Of a stretch of 64,000 nucleotides of DNA, positions 19,313-28,539 are shown in pieces. How positions within the stretch are numbered: position 1 is the stretch's first letter; the number at the start of each line of letters is the position of its first letter. The stretch covers positions 32,001 to 96,000 of the IMG/VR virus record IMGVR_UViG_3300027963_000034. The stretch is one strand, 5' to 3'. This stretch comes from a virus (taxonomy: Duplodnaviria; Heunggongvirae; Uroviricota; Caudoviricetes). The notes under the pieces were generated by a model. It ran no database searches. It was not told the DNA's origin and saw only the letters and a program-made list of their open reading frames with translations. Made by a program: the position numbers and the translations under genes.

Positions 19313-19785
19313 TTGTGTTGTTTTTGTATTCTTTCAGATATACCTGCTACTTCTTTATTTTTAGAAGTCATTTCATTAACATCCATTCCTAATTCAAATA
19401 CTGAATCTAATCCACTAAGTTTATAAGTTCTATAAGAATCTCTACTTACTATTGGTACTTTTTTTACATATTTGTCAAAATATCCTTTTGCACCACCTTT
19501 CATATCAATCAATTCGCTATCTTTATCAACCATTCTATCAAAAAACTTTTTTACTAATTTTGGATTTATAGTTGATACCTTTACAGCATGTACAATATCT
19601 TTTGATTTTGAAACAAATAAAGTAAATATAATTGGAGTATCTGATGATTTATATGAAACGCTATTTCCATCTACATATGTGTATTCTTTTACTATATAAA
19701 AAGTACCCGCTACCATTTTGGAAGGGGATACTTTTTGTTTTGAATCTATTAATCTCTTATATGTTGTAAAATAGCTTTTTATCAT
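19309..19785 (-). CDS. Hypothetical protein (weak resemblance to T4 gp2-like DNA end protector)
   Basis: G.FY....Y....P.IF and YRTY pattern; resemblance judged by eye only. Confidence 0.35.
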   Translation of the reverse strand: MIKSYFTTYKRLIDSKQKVSPSKMVAGTFYIVKEYTYVDGNSVSYKSSDTPIIFTLFVSKSKDIVHAVKVSTINPKLVKKFFDRMVDKDSELIDMKGGAKGYFDKYVKKVPIVSRDSYRTYKLSGLDSVFELGMDVNEMTSKNKEVAGISERIQKQHK

Positions 19786-21050
19786 TTATTTAACATTTTC
19801 AATTTTGGTAATTGTAATTGTTGAAATTTTGGTTGTATTTTAGTATAAATACCATATTGATTTAAAATTGCATCAAAGAATTTAGTCATTTTTGATAAGC
19901 TAAAATTTTGTTTGTTTTGCTTACCTAATTGAAATGATGCGATTTTATATTTGTCATAATTTTTGTAAACATCTTTGATTGCAATCAATGCTTTTGAAAT
20001 ATTTACATTGAACCATTGTGATTCTTTTAATAAGAATTGGTCAGCTGCGGATTCATGTACAGGTTTTAATTCACCCTCTAATAATACTGCACCTTGTTTT
20101 AAGAAATCTAATTGACCACTCCAGCCACTTACTAATATTGGTTTACCTGTTAAACTAAATTCTAATAAGGGTCTACCAAATCCTTCACCCTTTGTAAAAT
20201 TCAACATTGCTTTTACTTTTGGATGTTCATATAATCCATTCATTTCCGATGTAGTTAAATCACCATGTAATAAATAAATTGGAACTTTATTATAATCCGA
20301 ACCTAAAACATCTTTAATTTTTTTAATTGTAATTTCTCTGTCTATTACACTAAATCCAGCCGCTGATGTTTTTAGTACCAATGCTGGCTTTACTTTTTCG
20401 TTTTTGAATGCCATTGCGAATGTTTTAATCATCATTCCCACATTTTTTCTATCTTCACCCAAATCACCTCTTAACCAATGTCCTACAAATAAGAATGCAA
20501 AATCTTCTTTGATTGAATCTAATTCAGCAATGTGTGCAACATGTTCCGTTCCAAAATCTTCTTCATCAAACCCTTCAAAAAGGATTTCTACCGGTTTTTC
20601 AATTCTATGTTGTTTTATTAATTGTCCAGATTGTTTATCTGCTTCATTATATACACTATCTACTAAACTCTTTTTAGAATGTTCCGATGGTACAATAATT
20701 AAATCCATTCTATTACACCCATGTACCCAATCCAATGGTGAGTGTGTTGTTTCAATTGCAGCAGTAATTCCTATGTTATAATGTCCTACTGGTTGAAATT
20801 CATTTGGGACAGTAACTTGAATATAAATGTCAGGTTTTTCAGTAATTTGTGGAATAATGTTATCCACTACCCATTTATGAAATGGTTTATCATAATTAAG
20901 AGCATCCATTGGAGTATTGCCCCAACGAGTACTGATAACTTTAATTTCAAACTTATCTAATTTATAAAGAGAATGTAATAAATCTCTTGCGTGGTCACCA
21001 TATCCACTTCTAGTTGCTACTGGTGCCTGAAATACTAATGTTGGTTTCAT
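19782..21050 (-). CDS. GT-B (GT4-like) glycosyltransferase
   Basis: SGYG, VPS, F.FVG.W, RKN, GEGFGRPLLE. Confidence 0.85.
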   Translation of the reverse strand: MKPTLVFQAPVATRSGYGDHARDLLHSLYKLDKFEIKVISTRWGNTPMDALNYDKPFHKWVVDNIIPQITEKPDIYIQVTVPNEFQPVGHYNIGITAAIETTHSPLDWVHGCNRMDLIIVPSEHSKKSLVDSVYNEADKQSGQLIKQHRIEKPVEILFEGFDEEDFGTEHVAHIAELDSIKEDFAFLFVGHWLRGDLGEDRKNVGMMIKTFAMAFKNEKVKPALVLKTSAAGFSVIDREITIKKIKDVLGSDYNKVPIYLLHGDLTTSEMNGLYEHPKVKAMLNFTKGEGFGRPLLEFSLTGKPILVSGWSGQLDFLKQGAVLLEGELKPVHESAADQFLLKESQWFNVNISKALIAIKDVYKNYDKYKIASFQLGKQNKQNFSLSKMTKFFDAILNQYGIYTKIQPKFQQLQLPKLKMLNK

Positions 21051-21051
21051 A

Positions 21052-22434
21052 CTATAACTCTATTAATTTAAATTTTTCTTTTGGTTTCCAATTTGCAAAT
21101 GCACCTTCCATTCCTTCTACCAATGATTCACACATTGCTTCTCTACTCAATTTCCCTTCTCCTAAAAAGAATTTTCTACCTTTTAATCCAACCGATTCTC
21201 TATCTTCTTTTGGAGTTTTATACCAATCCATAATCAATGGAGTAATATCTTCAAAATCAACTCTATCATCGAAGATATATGGAGTAGGAACTGACCCGGT
21301 TGATGAACGAACAGGCCAAATTGGTTTAACCCAATCTCCCCAAACTACACCTGCTTTTTTATGTCTATCATGCAAAGAACCTATTTCAACATAATCTTCT
21401 GCTGTTAATAATTTACCCGTACCTCTTTCTCTAAATCCACATTGGTCTTGCAATCCACCAGTAACATTTACAATGATAGGCGTACCTGCCATTACCGATT
21501 CTGCGGTTGCTAATCCAAATCCTTCATTAGATGCCACATTTATTGTTACATCACCAATATTGTAAAGATAATTTAATTGTTCTTCCGAATATCTATTTGG
21601 TGCAAATACTACATTTGTTTCAGGTGAACAACATTCTGCAATTGTTCTCGGTAAATCGGTTCCATGTTCTTCCACAGGTTGAGTGTGCATTAATAAACAC
21701 ACTTTGCTTCTTTCCTCTGGTCTCAATGCTTCAACAAATTTGTCAAATGCTAAAATAACATCAATTGGTTGTTTTCTACGAATGTTTCTATTATTCCAAT
21801 ATAATACGAAATCATATTCTTTATCACCAAATATTTCTTTTTTAAATTCTTTTGGAACTTCAATTGGTTTGTATAAATCCGAATTGATACCATGCGGTAC
21901 ATAACTCACTTGCCAATCTTCTGGTTTAGTCCAATGTTTTTCTTTATCCCAACTCCAAACTCTACGGGTAATACCATAAGTTTGTTTTGAAATACATCCA
22001 ATCCAATCACAACTTTCGTAGTAATCTCTATTGTATTTTGGGTCTGGTAAATCATCCCAAATATGATAAAAGAATAAAGGAACTGATTGGCGAATTTCAT
22101 GCTCCATTTCATACAACCAAATCCAATATCTTGGGTCGGTAAAGTGTAGGATAGCATCAGGTTTTTCGGTCATTAAAAGTTGACGAATAACATCTGGATT
22201 ACCATATCCATCAAATGGTATAACTTTAACCGATGCATCGTTTACACCAGTTCTTTCTCTAACATCATCTGATAAATCTAATACCTTTCCCATTTCAGGG
22301 TGTTTAATTGCAGCTCCCAATTGTACCCAATCGTACTTATCAACCGTCCCTAATACTAATTGTTTGGAAACATTGGCAATACCACTTGCCATTCTTAAAT
22401 CATCTGATAACAACAGAATCTTCTTTTTTGCCAT
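21052..22434 (-). CDS. GT-B (GT4-like) glycosyltransferase
   Basis: SG.A, VPHG, NRNIRRK, NEGFGLATAES..AG.P. Confidence 0.85.
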   Translation of the reverse strand: MAKKKILLLSDDLRMASGIANVSKQLVLGTVDKYDWVQLGAAIKHPEMGKVLDLSDDVRERTGVNDASVKVIPFDGYGNPDVIRQLLMTEKPDAILHFTDPRYWIWLYEMEHEIRQSVPLFFYHIWDDLPDPKYNRDYYESCDWIGCISKQTYGITRRVWSWDKEKHWTKPEDWQVSYVPHGINSDLYKPIEVPKEFKKEIFGDKEYDFVLYWNNRNIRRKQPIDVILAFDKFVEALRPEERSKVCLLMHTQPVEEHGTDLPRTIAECCSPETNVVFAPNRYSEEQLNYLYNIGDVTINVASNEGFGLATAESVMAGTPIIVNVTGGLQDQCGFRERGTGKLLTAEDYVEIGSLHDRHKKAGVVWGDWVKPIWPVRSSTGSVPTPYIFDDRVDFEDITPLIMDWYKTPKEDRESVGLKGRKFFLGEGKLSREAMCESLVEGMEGAFANWKPKEKFKLIEL

Positions 22435-22459
22435 AACTTATTTTTAAAATATATATTGT

Positions 22460-23344
22460 TTAATTTAAATTTTTTAATCCTCTATCACATATTCCTCTAT
22501 CAAAAAACTCACACCATTCACATAGCTTGGTGGCATTTTTTGGAAATTCTATATCGGTTCTATAATTACCATCTTTGTCAAATACACTCTCTACAAACTC
22601 CGTAAAACCCTTCCAGGCTTTATTTACTGATACTTTACCATTTGCAGGTATATGTTTACTCATTCTATGTGTTGGGATATCTTCTCTTACTTCTACCTTT
22701 CTTTTCAATATAATAAATTCAACATCAATTACATCTTCTGAAATGTTTAGTAATTCTGCATAGAATTTTTTGTATAAAAGTATTTGTGCGTTTTTAACTG
22801 GGTCTGATTTTTGATATTTACTCCAACCTCTTGTAGAAGTTTTAAAGTCAATAATTCTATATCTACCATTAAAGGTATCTCTGATAATCAAATCTATAAA
22901 ACCCATAAAGTTTACATTCTCTGAAATCTTTGTGTTTATAGGTTGTTCAATTGCTACCAACTCATCGTGTTTTAACGAAAAGAATTTGTTAAAGTTTTTG
23001 GGTTTTTGAAACCAATCTAATAAGACATTTCCATCTTCTAAAAACTCTACCATTTCTTCTTTGGTGCATATTGTAGTATTGCCTATTTCACCTTCGGTTT
23101 CTTTAAGATACGCATCTCTCATTCTTTCTTTTAGATACTCCTTTAAGTCAATCATTTTGTCAGCTTGTGATTTTGATATTCTTAAACATTTCTCCAAATA
23201 GTTTTGAAGTGTTTCGTGCATTGCAGTTCCAAAGATTGAATGTATGTTAGAAGAGTTTTCTCCTAATTTATCTATGTATGCTAATTTGTATTGATGTGGA
23301 CAACTATGCCACATACTATACTGTGAAAATGATACTCTTGCCAT
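22460..23344 (-). CDS. PD-(D/E)XK exonuclease, Cas4/AddB-like with four-Cys Fe-S site
   Basis: SFSQ..CP, GTAMH, E, GFIDL, IIDFKT, C-terminal CEWC......C. Confidence 0.85.
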   Translation of the reverse strand: MARVSFSQYSMWHSCPHQYKLAYIDKLGENSSNIHSIFGTAMHETLQNYLEKCLRISKSQADKMIDLKEYLKERMRDAYLKETEGEIGNTTICTKEEMVEFLEDGNVLLDWFQKPKNFNKFFSLKHDELVAIEQPINTKISENVNFMGFIDLIIRDTFNGRYRIIDFKTSTRGWSKYQKSDPVKNAQILLYKKFYAELLNISEDVIDVEFIILKRKVEVREDIPTHRMSKHIPANGKVSVNKAWKGFTEFVESVFDKDGNYRTDIEFPKNATKLCEWCEFFDRGICDRGLKNLN

Positions 23345-23351
23345 AATACAT

Positions 23352-23383
23352 CTAATATACCCAATTTATTTGGATTTACCAAA
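23352..23383 (-). promoter_or_regulatory. Bacteroidota-type promoter upstream of the Cas4-like nuclease/glyco block
   Basis: TTTG-N20-TATATTAG. Confidence 0.6.
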
Positions 23384-24229
23384 TAATTCTTCTATAATTG
23401 GTTGTATATGGTCTGCCCAAAGTTTTGACCCTAATTCGTTTGGATGGTTATCATTTCCAATATGATATTCTTTGTTTAAATTTATAAATTCATTTAAAGT
23501 AAATCCATTATAATAGTTTGGATTTTCTTTCATTGATTTTATTAGTCTATTATGGATAAGTGGGTGATGGGTATTATGAAAAAAACTAATGTCATCTTCT
23601 ACTTCGTTTGAAACCGCTAACTCATATCTTGGATTCCCATGTGAGTCTTTTAAATACCATTGACCATTTGATTCGTTTAAAACAGGTATATGGTTATTTA
23701 TACCATCAAATATTAAAAATTTATAACCATTTGCTTTACAAAAATTTGTAAAATTTATAATATTATGATACGTTTTTATTAAAGAAAATGTTATATTTGT
23801 ATATAATTGAGATATTTCGTATCTATTTTTATAAATCCACGAATTTAAAGGAAATTCATTATCCCATCCTTCAAACCCATCCGCAGTTATTTTACGACTA
23901 CCTTGTTTATCTAGAAATTGTAAAGGAGTAAGATGCCAATATAATGAACCATTGCTTTTTTCATCAAATGAATCCCAACAAATTAAAAATCTTAAACACT
24001 CTGATAATTGTATTACAAATAAACTATCTTTTGCTATTTCTGGATTTAATGTAGCGTAGTTTATTACATTTTGAGTTATTACTTCGTTTCCAATCCCACC
24101 TTTAGCTATATTAATTAATTCTAAATTATTATTTTCTGCTAAATATTTTGCCCAAGATGCAGTTTTTCCAATTAAATGTCCTTCGGTGAAAGAACAACCG
24201 GATGTTATTAAATATTTTGTATCAATCAT
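23366..24229 (-). CDS. SGNH-like protein (paralogue 3)
   Basis: SGCSFTEG, NIA.GG.GN, DNHPN..G. Confidence 0.65.
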   Translation of the reverse strand: MIDTKYLITSGCSFTEGHLIGKTASWAKYLAENNNLELINIAKGGIGNEVITQNVINYATLNPEIAKDSLFVIQLSECLRFLICWDSFDEKSNGSLYWHLTPLQFLDKQGSRKITADGFEGWDNEFPLNSWIYKNRYEISQLYTNITFSLIKTYHNIINFTNFCKANGYKFLIFDGINNHIPVLNESNGQWYLKDSHGNPRYELAVSNEVEDDISFFHNTHHPLIHNRLIKSMKENPNYYNGFTLNEFINLNKEYHIGNDNHPNELGSKLWADHIQPIIEELFGKSK

Positions 24230-25413
24230 AAATATTTTTTTAGGTATTCCAATTCTTTTGGTATATGTGTTTTATTAAAATCATTTCCAAAATTCATATA
24301 AGTTTTAAACATATCTTTTGAGTTTTTTGGATGATTTATATTTGTTTTTAAATATATCACAAAATTTTTAATTTCTGTTTTTAAATCATTATAATTAAAT
24401 GCTTTATCAAGTCTTGTATATAATTCTATTATATCAGTTTTTTCTTCAAAATTAGAAACATTTAACCAATACGGGTGTTCTGCAAATCCAAATCTAATTT
24501 GAGAATCCGAATCAATATATCCCATATGATACATAGATTTTCTAAAATTTGGAAAATCAAAACAATTTAATATAGAACAAGTATATTGAAATACGTGTTT
24601 AATATTTCCATATTTATTTTTGGCTTCGTTTAATAAATTCATATTATTTATGAAATTATTTGTATTAAACCCCGTTCTTACAAATTCACCAACATTACCT
24701 ATACCATCGCAAGATATTCCAAAATTTATACTTTTAAATTGAGAAAAAAATTCAAATATATCTCTATTATTAAATTTAACTAAACTGAAATTTGTATTTA
24801 AATGTATTTCTATTTTATCTTTATTGTCCAGTTTAGAAAGAAATTCATACATCTCTTTCATATATAAAGGTTCTCCACCTGCAAAATATATGTGTTCTAA
24901 ACTTTTTATATATCGTTTATCAATATCAAAATTTGTTATGTTTATTTCATTTTTATTAGAATCAATCGCGATTCCCATAAATTTTTTAAAAGCATTTTGT
25001 TCTTCAATCCAAGTTGAAGAATATTCTGATGTGCAACTTCTACATTTAAAATTACAAATATTGGAAGGTCGTAAATCTAGTCTAACAAAATCAGGATAAT
25101 TATATCCATCCTTTCTTGTTTTATTTTTGTATTTTTGAATTAGATGAGAATAATACCCATTCCACTTTGTTCTATAACTTTCAGCCCCCTCATCATCCAT
25201 TTTATAACAAACATCACAAAATTTTGGTTTATCACCATTTAACATATCCAATCGTATTTGCTTATATTCATCTGAATTAAAGGCATCCGATATTGAATCG
25301 TTTTCCAAATTTGTATTTTCTAAAAAAGTTTGTGAATAACAACAAACTTTTAATTTTTTATCTGGATAGGCATTAATATGTAAAAATGGTAATATACAAA
25401 ATGTATCTGACAT
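24226..25413 (-). CDS. Radical SAM protein with N-terminal SPASM/twitch-like domain
   Basis: CNFKCRSC (CxxxCxxC), AGGEP, NTN, S.DG; N-terminal CILPF..CC..C..C. Confidence 0.88.
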   Translation of the reverse strand: MSDTFCILPFLHINAYPDKKLKVCCYSQTFLENTNLENDSISDAFNSDEYKQIRLDMLNGDKPKFCDVCYKMDDEGAESYRTKWNGYYSHLIQKYKNKTRKDGYNYPDFVRLDLRPSNICNFKCRSCTSEYSSTWIEEQNAFKKFMGIAIDSNKNEINITNFDIDKRYIKSLEHIYFAGGEPLYMKEMYEFLSKLDNKDKIEIHLNTNFSLVKFNNRDIFEFFSQFKSINFGISCDGIGNVGEFVRTGFNTNNFINNMNLLNEAKNKYGNIKHVFQYTCSILNCFDFPNFRKSMYHMGYIDSDSQIRFGFAEHPYWLNVSNFEEKTDIIELYTRLDKAFNYNDLKTEIKNFVIYLKTNINHPKNSKDMFKTYMNFGNDFNKTHIPKELEYLKKYL

Positions 25414-25865
25414 TAAATTTTTAATTTCAATTTTGTAATTTGTTTTTTATCTACTCCGTATTTTTCACAAACATATTTTAAATATTCTCTACCTTCTCTT
25501 GTTGCGTATAATACTTCTATATAATCGTTTGCTTGTCTTTCCGAACAATCATATTCTTTTTTTAATAACTCTACAATAAATTCTTCGTATTTTTCTTCTC
25601 CCTTACCTTTGATGTATTTTAGATAATGTTTTCCTTTTGGAATTACACTAATATATAACTTATACATTTCCTTTGGTTGTAAAGTTTGTGTCAAAGGTAA
25701 TAGAGTAGCAATCAATTCCACCCATTCAGGCTTCATTGAAAGAAAACGATTAATCATAAAGTTACTCCAAGATTTGATATCTTCTTCTGAAAGTTTATCA
25801 AAATACTTCGGGTCTTGCTCCGTAGTTATTGCGTTTATATGGTCAAATAACTTTTTGGCAGCCAT
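25413..25865 (-). CDS. Clamp loader small subunit (gp62-like)
   Basis: LFDHINAI, FMINRFLSM, KYIK pattern; next to the gp44-like gene. Confidence 0.65.
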   Translation of the reverse strand: MAAKKLFDHINAITTEQDPKYFDKLSEEDIKSWSNFMINRFLSMKPEWVELIATLLPLTQTLQPKEMYKLYISVIPKGKHYLKYIKGKGEEKYEEFIVELLKKEYDCSERQANDYIEVLYATREGREYLKYVCEKYGVDKKQITKLKLKI

Positions 25866-26107
25866 TATTCTATAATTTTTGTTTCTTGTAATTCCTGTGG
25901 AAGTAACTCATTTAAAGGTTTTCCACAACTCGCACATACATACAATTCAATCGGCATTACCGAATCTTTTGGTGCGCCCGTTAATAATCTACTAATCTTT
26001 TTGAATCTATAACCTGGTAAGAAAATTTTTCCACCACATTCACAATCCATATCTCTCGCGTCATTTAAATTAAAATTCGGCGGTAATTGGTTCATTTGTT
26101 GTTCCAT
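25865..26107 (-). CDS. Small Zn-ribbon protein
   Basis: CECG...CASCG. Confidence 0.65.
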   Translation of the reverse strand: MEQQMNQLPPNFNLNDARDMDCECGGKIFLPGYRFKKISRLLTGAPKDSVMPIELYVCASCGKPLNELLPQELQETKIIE

Positions 26108-27054
26108 TATTTTATAATATTTAAAATTTGAATAATTGTACTCATAAATACGATTTCTTTATCTACTACTAAAGCATCTTTGGATAATCCATCGGCTATT
26201 GTCATAATTGTATTTGCTACATTTCCCGTTGCATATTCATCAACCTTATCGTATAACATTGTATACATTTCTGAATAATCATTTAATCTGTTATCTGCAA
26301 CAGCTTGTCTTATTTTTAAGAAAAGATTGCGTTTATCATCTTGTGATTTTAAAAGTTCTATTAACTTTGATTGAAAATTAGATTCAACCATTATTTTATG
26401 GTCTACTTTTAATTCTCCTTTTGCTGATTGTAATTGGCAAGTATTAAGTATTCTTCTAATATCTGGGTAATAAGAACTAATTACATCTGCAACATTTTTA
26501 ATATCATATTTGATATTTTCATAATCTAATATCTTTGCTACTTGAATTGCTACATCCTTTTTAGTTGGAGGTGTGATTGCAAATGATTGGCACCTACTTT
26601 GTATCGGGTCAATAATCTTCTCAATGTAATTACAAGTCAAAATGAATCTACAATGTTTAGAGAATGTTTCCATTAAGTTACGAAGGATTGCCTGTGCGTT
26701 TGGGGTCATATAATCAAACTCATCTAAAATGATAATTTTGAAACCTGCAAAACCAACTGATGATGCGAAATTTTTAACTTTTGTTCTGACGGTATCCACA
26801 TTATTTTCATCTGATGCATTGATAATCATACTATCACATTTAATTGTATTTACTATTAGTTTAGCAAGTGTGGTCTTACCAGTGCCTGCTTTACCATAAA
26901 ACAACAAATGGGGAATATCATTTGTATCTAAATATTGTTGAATAGTTTCTTTTACCACTTCATTTCCAACATAATCTGCTAAAGTTTGTGGGCGGTATTT
27001 TTCCACCCACAAGCTATGCTCTTTTTTATTATTTTCGTTTGCGAAAAAACTCAT
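26107..27054 (-). CDS. Clamp loader AAA+ subunit (gp44/RFC-small-like)
   Basis: WVEKYRP, GKAGTGKT, INASD, LDEFD, SRC; start moved to ATG 27054. Confidence 0.95.
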   Translation of the reverse strand: MSFFANENNKKEHSLWVEKYRPQTLADYVGNEVVKETIQQYLDTNDIPHLLFYGKAGTGKTTLAKLIVNTIKCDSMIINASDENNVDTVRTKVKNFASSVGFAGFKIIILDEFDYMTPNAQAILRNLMETFSKHCRFILTCNYIEKIIDPIQSRCQSFAITPPTKKDVAIQVAKILDYENIKYDIKNVADVISSYYPDIRRILNTCQLQSAKGELKVDHKIMVESNFQSKLIELLKSQDDKRNLFLKIRQAVADNRLNDYSEMYTMLYDKVDEYATGNVANTIMTIADGLSKDALVVDKEIVFMSTIIQILNIIK

Positions 27055-27055
27055 A

Positions 27056-27478
27056 TTATATATATTTTCCAGTTGAGCCGAATCCACCTTCGCCTCTTTC
27101 TGTATTAGATAATTCTTCTACCTCTTCAAAATCAATTTCAGGATAAGGTATAATCATAAGTTGTGCACCTCTTTCTCCGATATTGTATTTATTTAAACCA
27201 GATTTTTTAAATGTAGCTTGTAACTCACCTCTATATCCACTATCAATTACACCAACGGAATTACTAAGTGTTAAATCGGTTTTACGAATGGAAGATCGTG
27301 GAAATACTAATCCTACAAATCCTTTTGGAATTTCAATTGCAATACCAAATCCATATGTAATATCATATGTATTTTCTAATTTGATATCCGTTATAACCAA
27401 ATCCATACCCGCATCTCCATCTTTTGCATATGATGGAATTATTGCGTTTTTATTAAGCTTCTTTATTTTTACTTTCAT
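27056..27478 (-). CDS. dut: Trimeric dUTPase
   Basis: AGMDL, PRSS, GVIDSGYRGE, RGAQ, RGEGGFGSTG; start moved to ATG 27478. Confidence 0.95.
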   Translation of the reverse strand: MKVKIKKLNKNAIIPSYAKDGDAGMDLVITDIKLENTYDITYGFGIAIEIPKGFVGLVFPRSSIRKTDLTLSNSVGVIDSGYRGELQATFKKSGLNKYNIGERGAQLMIIPYPEIDFEEVEELSNTERGEGGFGSTGKYI

Positions 27479-27758
27479 TTTGTTCTGCTCTTTGTTTTTT
27501 TGTTTCTTCTGTAATTTGTCTTGGGAAGATTCTAAATACCATTTCATTTTGTTGGAAATTCAATCCTTCACCTTGATTTGGTTCTAATTGTAAAGTCAAA
27601 GGACTAGGTTCTTCACCTTCATTTGACCATGCAAATACAATTGGTTCGTTGTTAAAAAATTGGAAACACCATTCTGCATCTGCAATAGGTTGTGCTTCTG
27701 GAATATTTACCTCTTGTTGTAATTCCTCTTGTGGGAATAATTCTAATTGTTCACTCAT
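27453..27758 (-). CDS. Hypothetical acidic protein
   Basis: Co-oriented ORF downstream of a promoter. Confidence 0.6.
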   Translation of the reverse strand: MSEQLELFPQEELQQEVNIPEAQPIADAEWCFQFFNNEPIVFAWSNEGEEPSPLTLQLEPNQGEGLNFQQNEMVFRIFPRQITEETKKQRAEQNESKNKEA

Positions 27759-27773
27759 TTTTATTTATTTTAT

Positions 27774-27805
27774 TTAATATACGATTATTTTTTTAAAATA
27801 CCAAG
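27774..27805 (-). promoter_or_regulatory. Bacteroidota-type promoter upstream of the dut/clamp-loader block
   Basis: CTTG-N20-TATATTAA. Confidence 0.5.
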
Positions 27806-28537
27806 CTTTTCTATGTGATTATACAATCTTTGAGCATATTCTTTATTTTCTAAATATGTTGCGTGTTGGTGTGTATCTTTTAGGGGAGGATAATTTCCAT
27901 CGAATCTATTTTCATCTTTATAATCAGTTCCCACAAATGTCCCATTCCATAAAAATGGTATACCCATATCTTTTAAATAATATGTAATTAATAAATGGTT
28001 TTTATACCAATTCATTAAATCATTTTGTTCGTTTGAAGAACTTACGATACCAGCCCATTCTAGTCTACCTTCTCTATCTTCATCAAAATATCCCCAAGGG
28101 TTTGGATGATATGGTTCTATTCCACCATTTTCAGTATAATATTCCTTTTTATTTGGGTAAGTATACATAATTAAAATCAAATCTGGTTTAAATTCATTTG
28201 CGTATGTTAAAACACTTCTAGCTATATAATCATTACTCCTACCACTAATTCCTAAATTAATATCAACAGAATTGGATATTAATGATGATAATTGCGCCGG
28301 CCAGGTTTGGTGGTCATATACATCTATACCTTCGGTATGAGAACAGCCAACACTCATTATTTTAAATCCTTTCTTTTTTGGAGAAGCTCCCCTAAATCCT
28401 AATTCATTAAAATTATATGTAGCCTTTCCTTTATCGGAGCCATTTCCAATAAATTCTTTATTTCTTCTTTCATGTAACCTCCATTTGAATGTTGCAATAT
28501 CAAATGTTAATGGTTTCCAAAACTTTAATCCTTTCAT
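27785..28537 (-). CDS. SGNH-like protein (paralogue 4)
   Basis: YNFNELGFR, VGCSHTEG, NLG.SG.SND, C-terminal His. Confidence 0.65.
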   Translation of the reverse strand: MKGLKFWKPLTFDIATFKWRLHERRNKEFIGNGSDKGKATYNFNELGFRGASPKKKGFKIMSVGCSHTEGIDVYDHQTWPAQLSSLISNSVDINLGISGRSNDYIARSVLTYANEFKPDLILIMYTYPNKKEYYTENGGIEPYHPNPWGYFDEDREGRLEWAGIVSSSNEQNDLMNWYKNHLLITYYLKDMGIPFLWNGTFVGTDYKDENRFDGNYPPLKDTHQHATYLENKEYAQRLYNHIEKLGILKK

Positions 28538-28539
28538 AA

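Noticed and set aside
22460-23344. Cas4-like nuclease as part of a CRISPR-Cas system
   Set aside because: No other cas genes or array; solo Cas4-like nucleases are common in phage replication modules.
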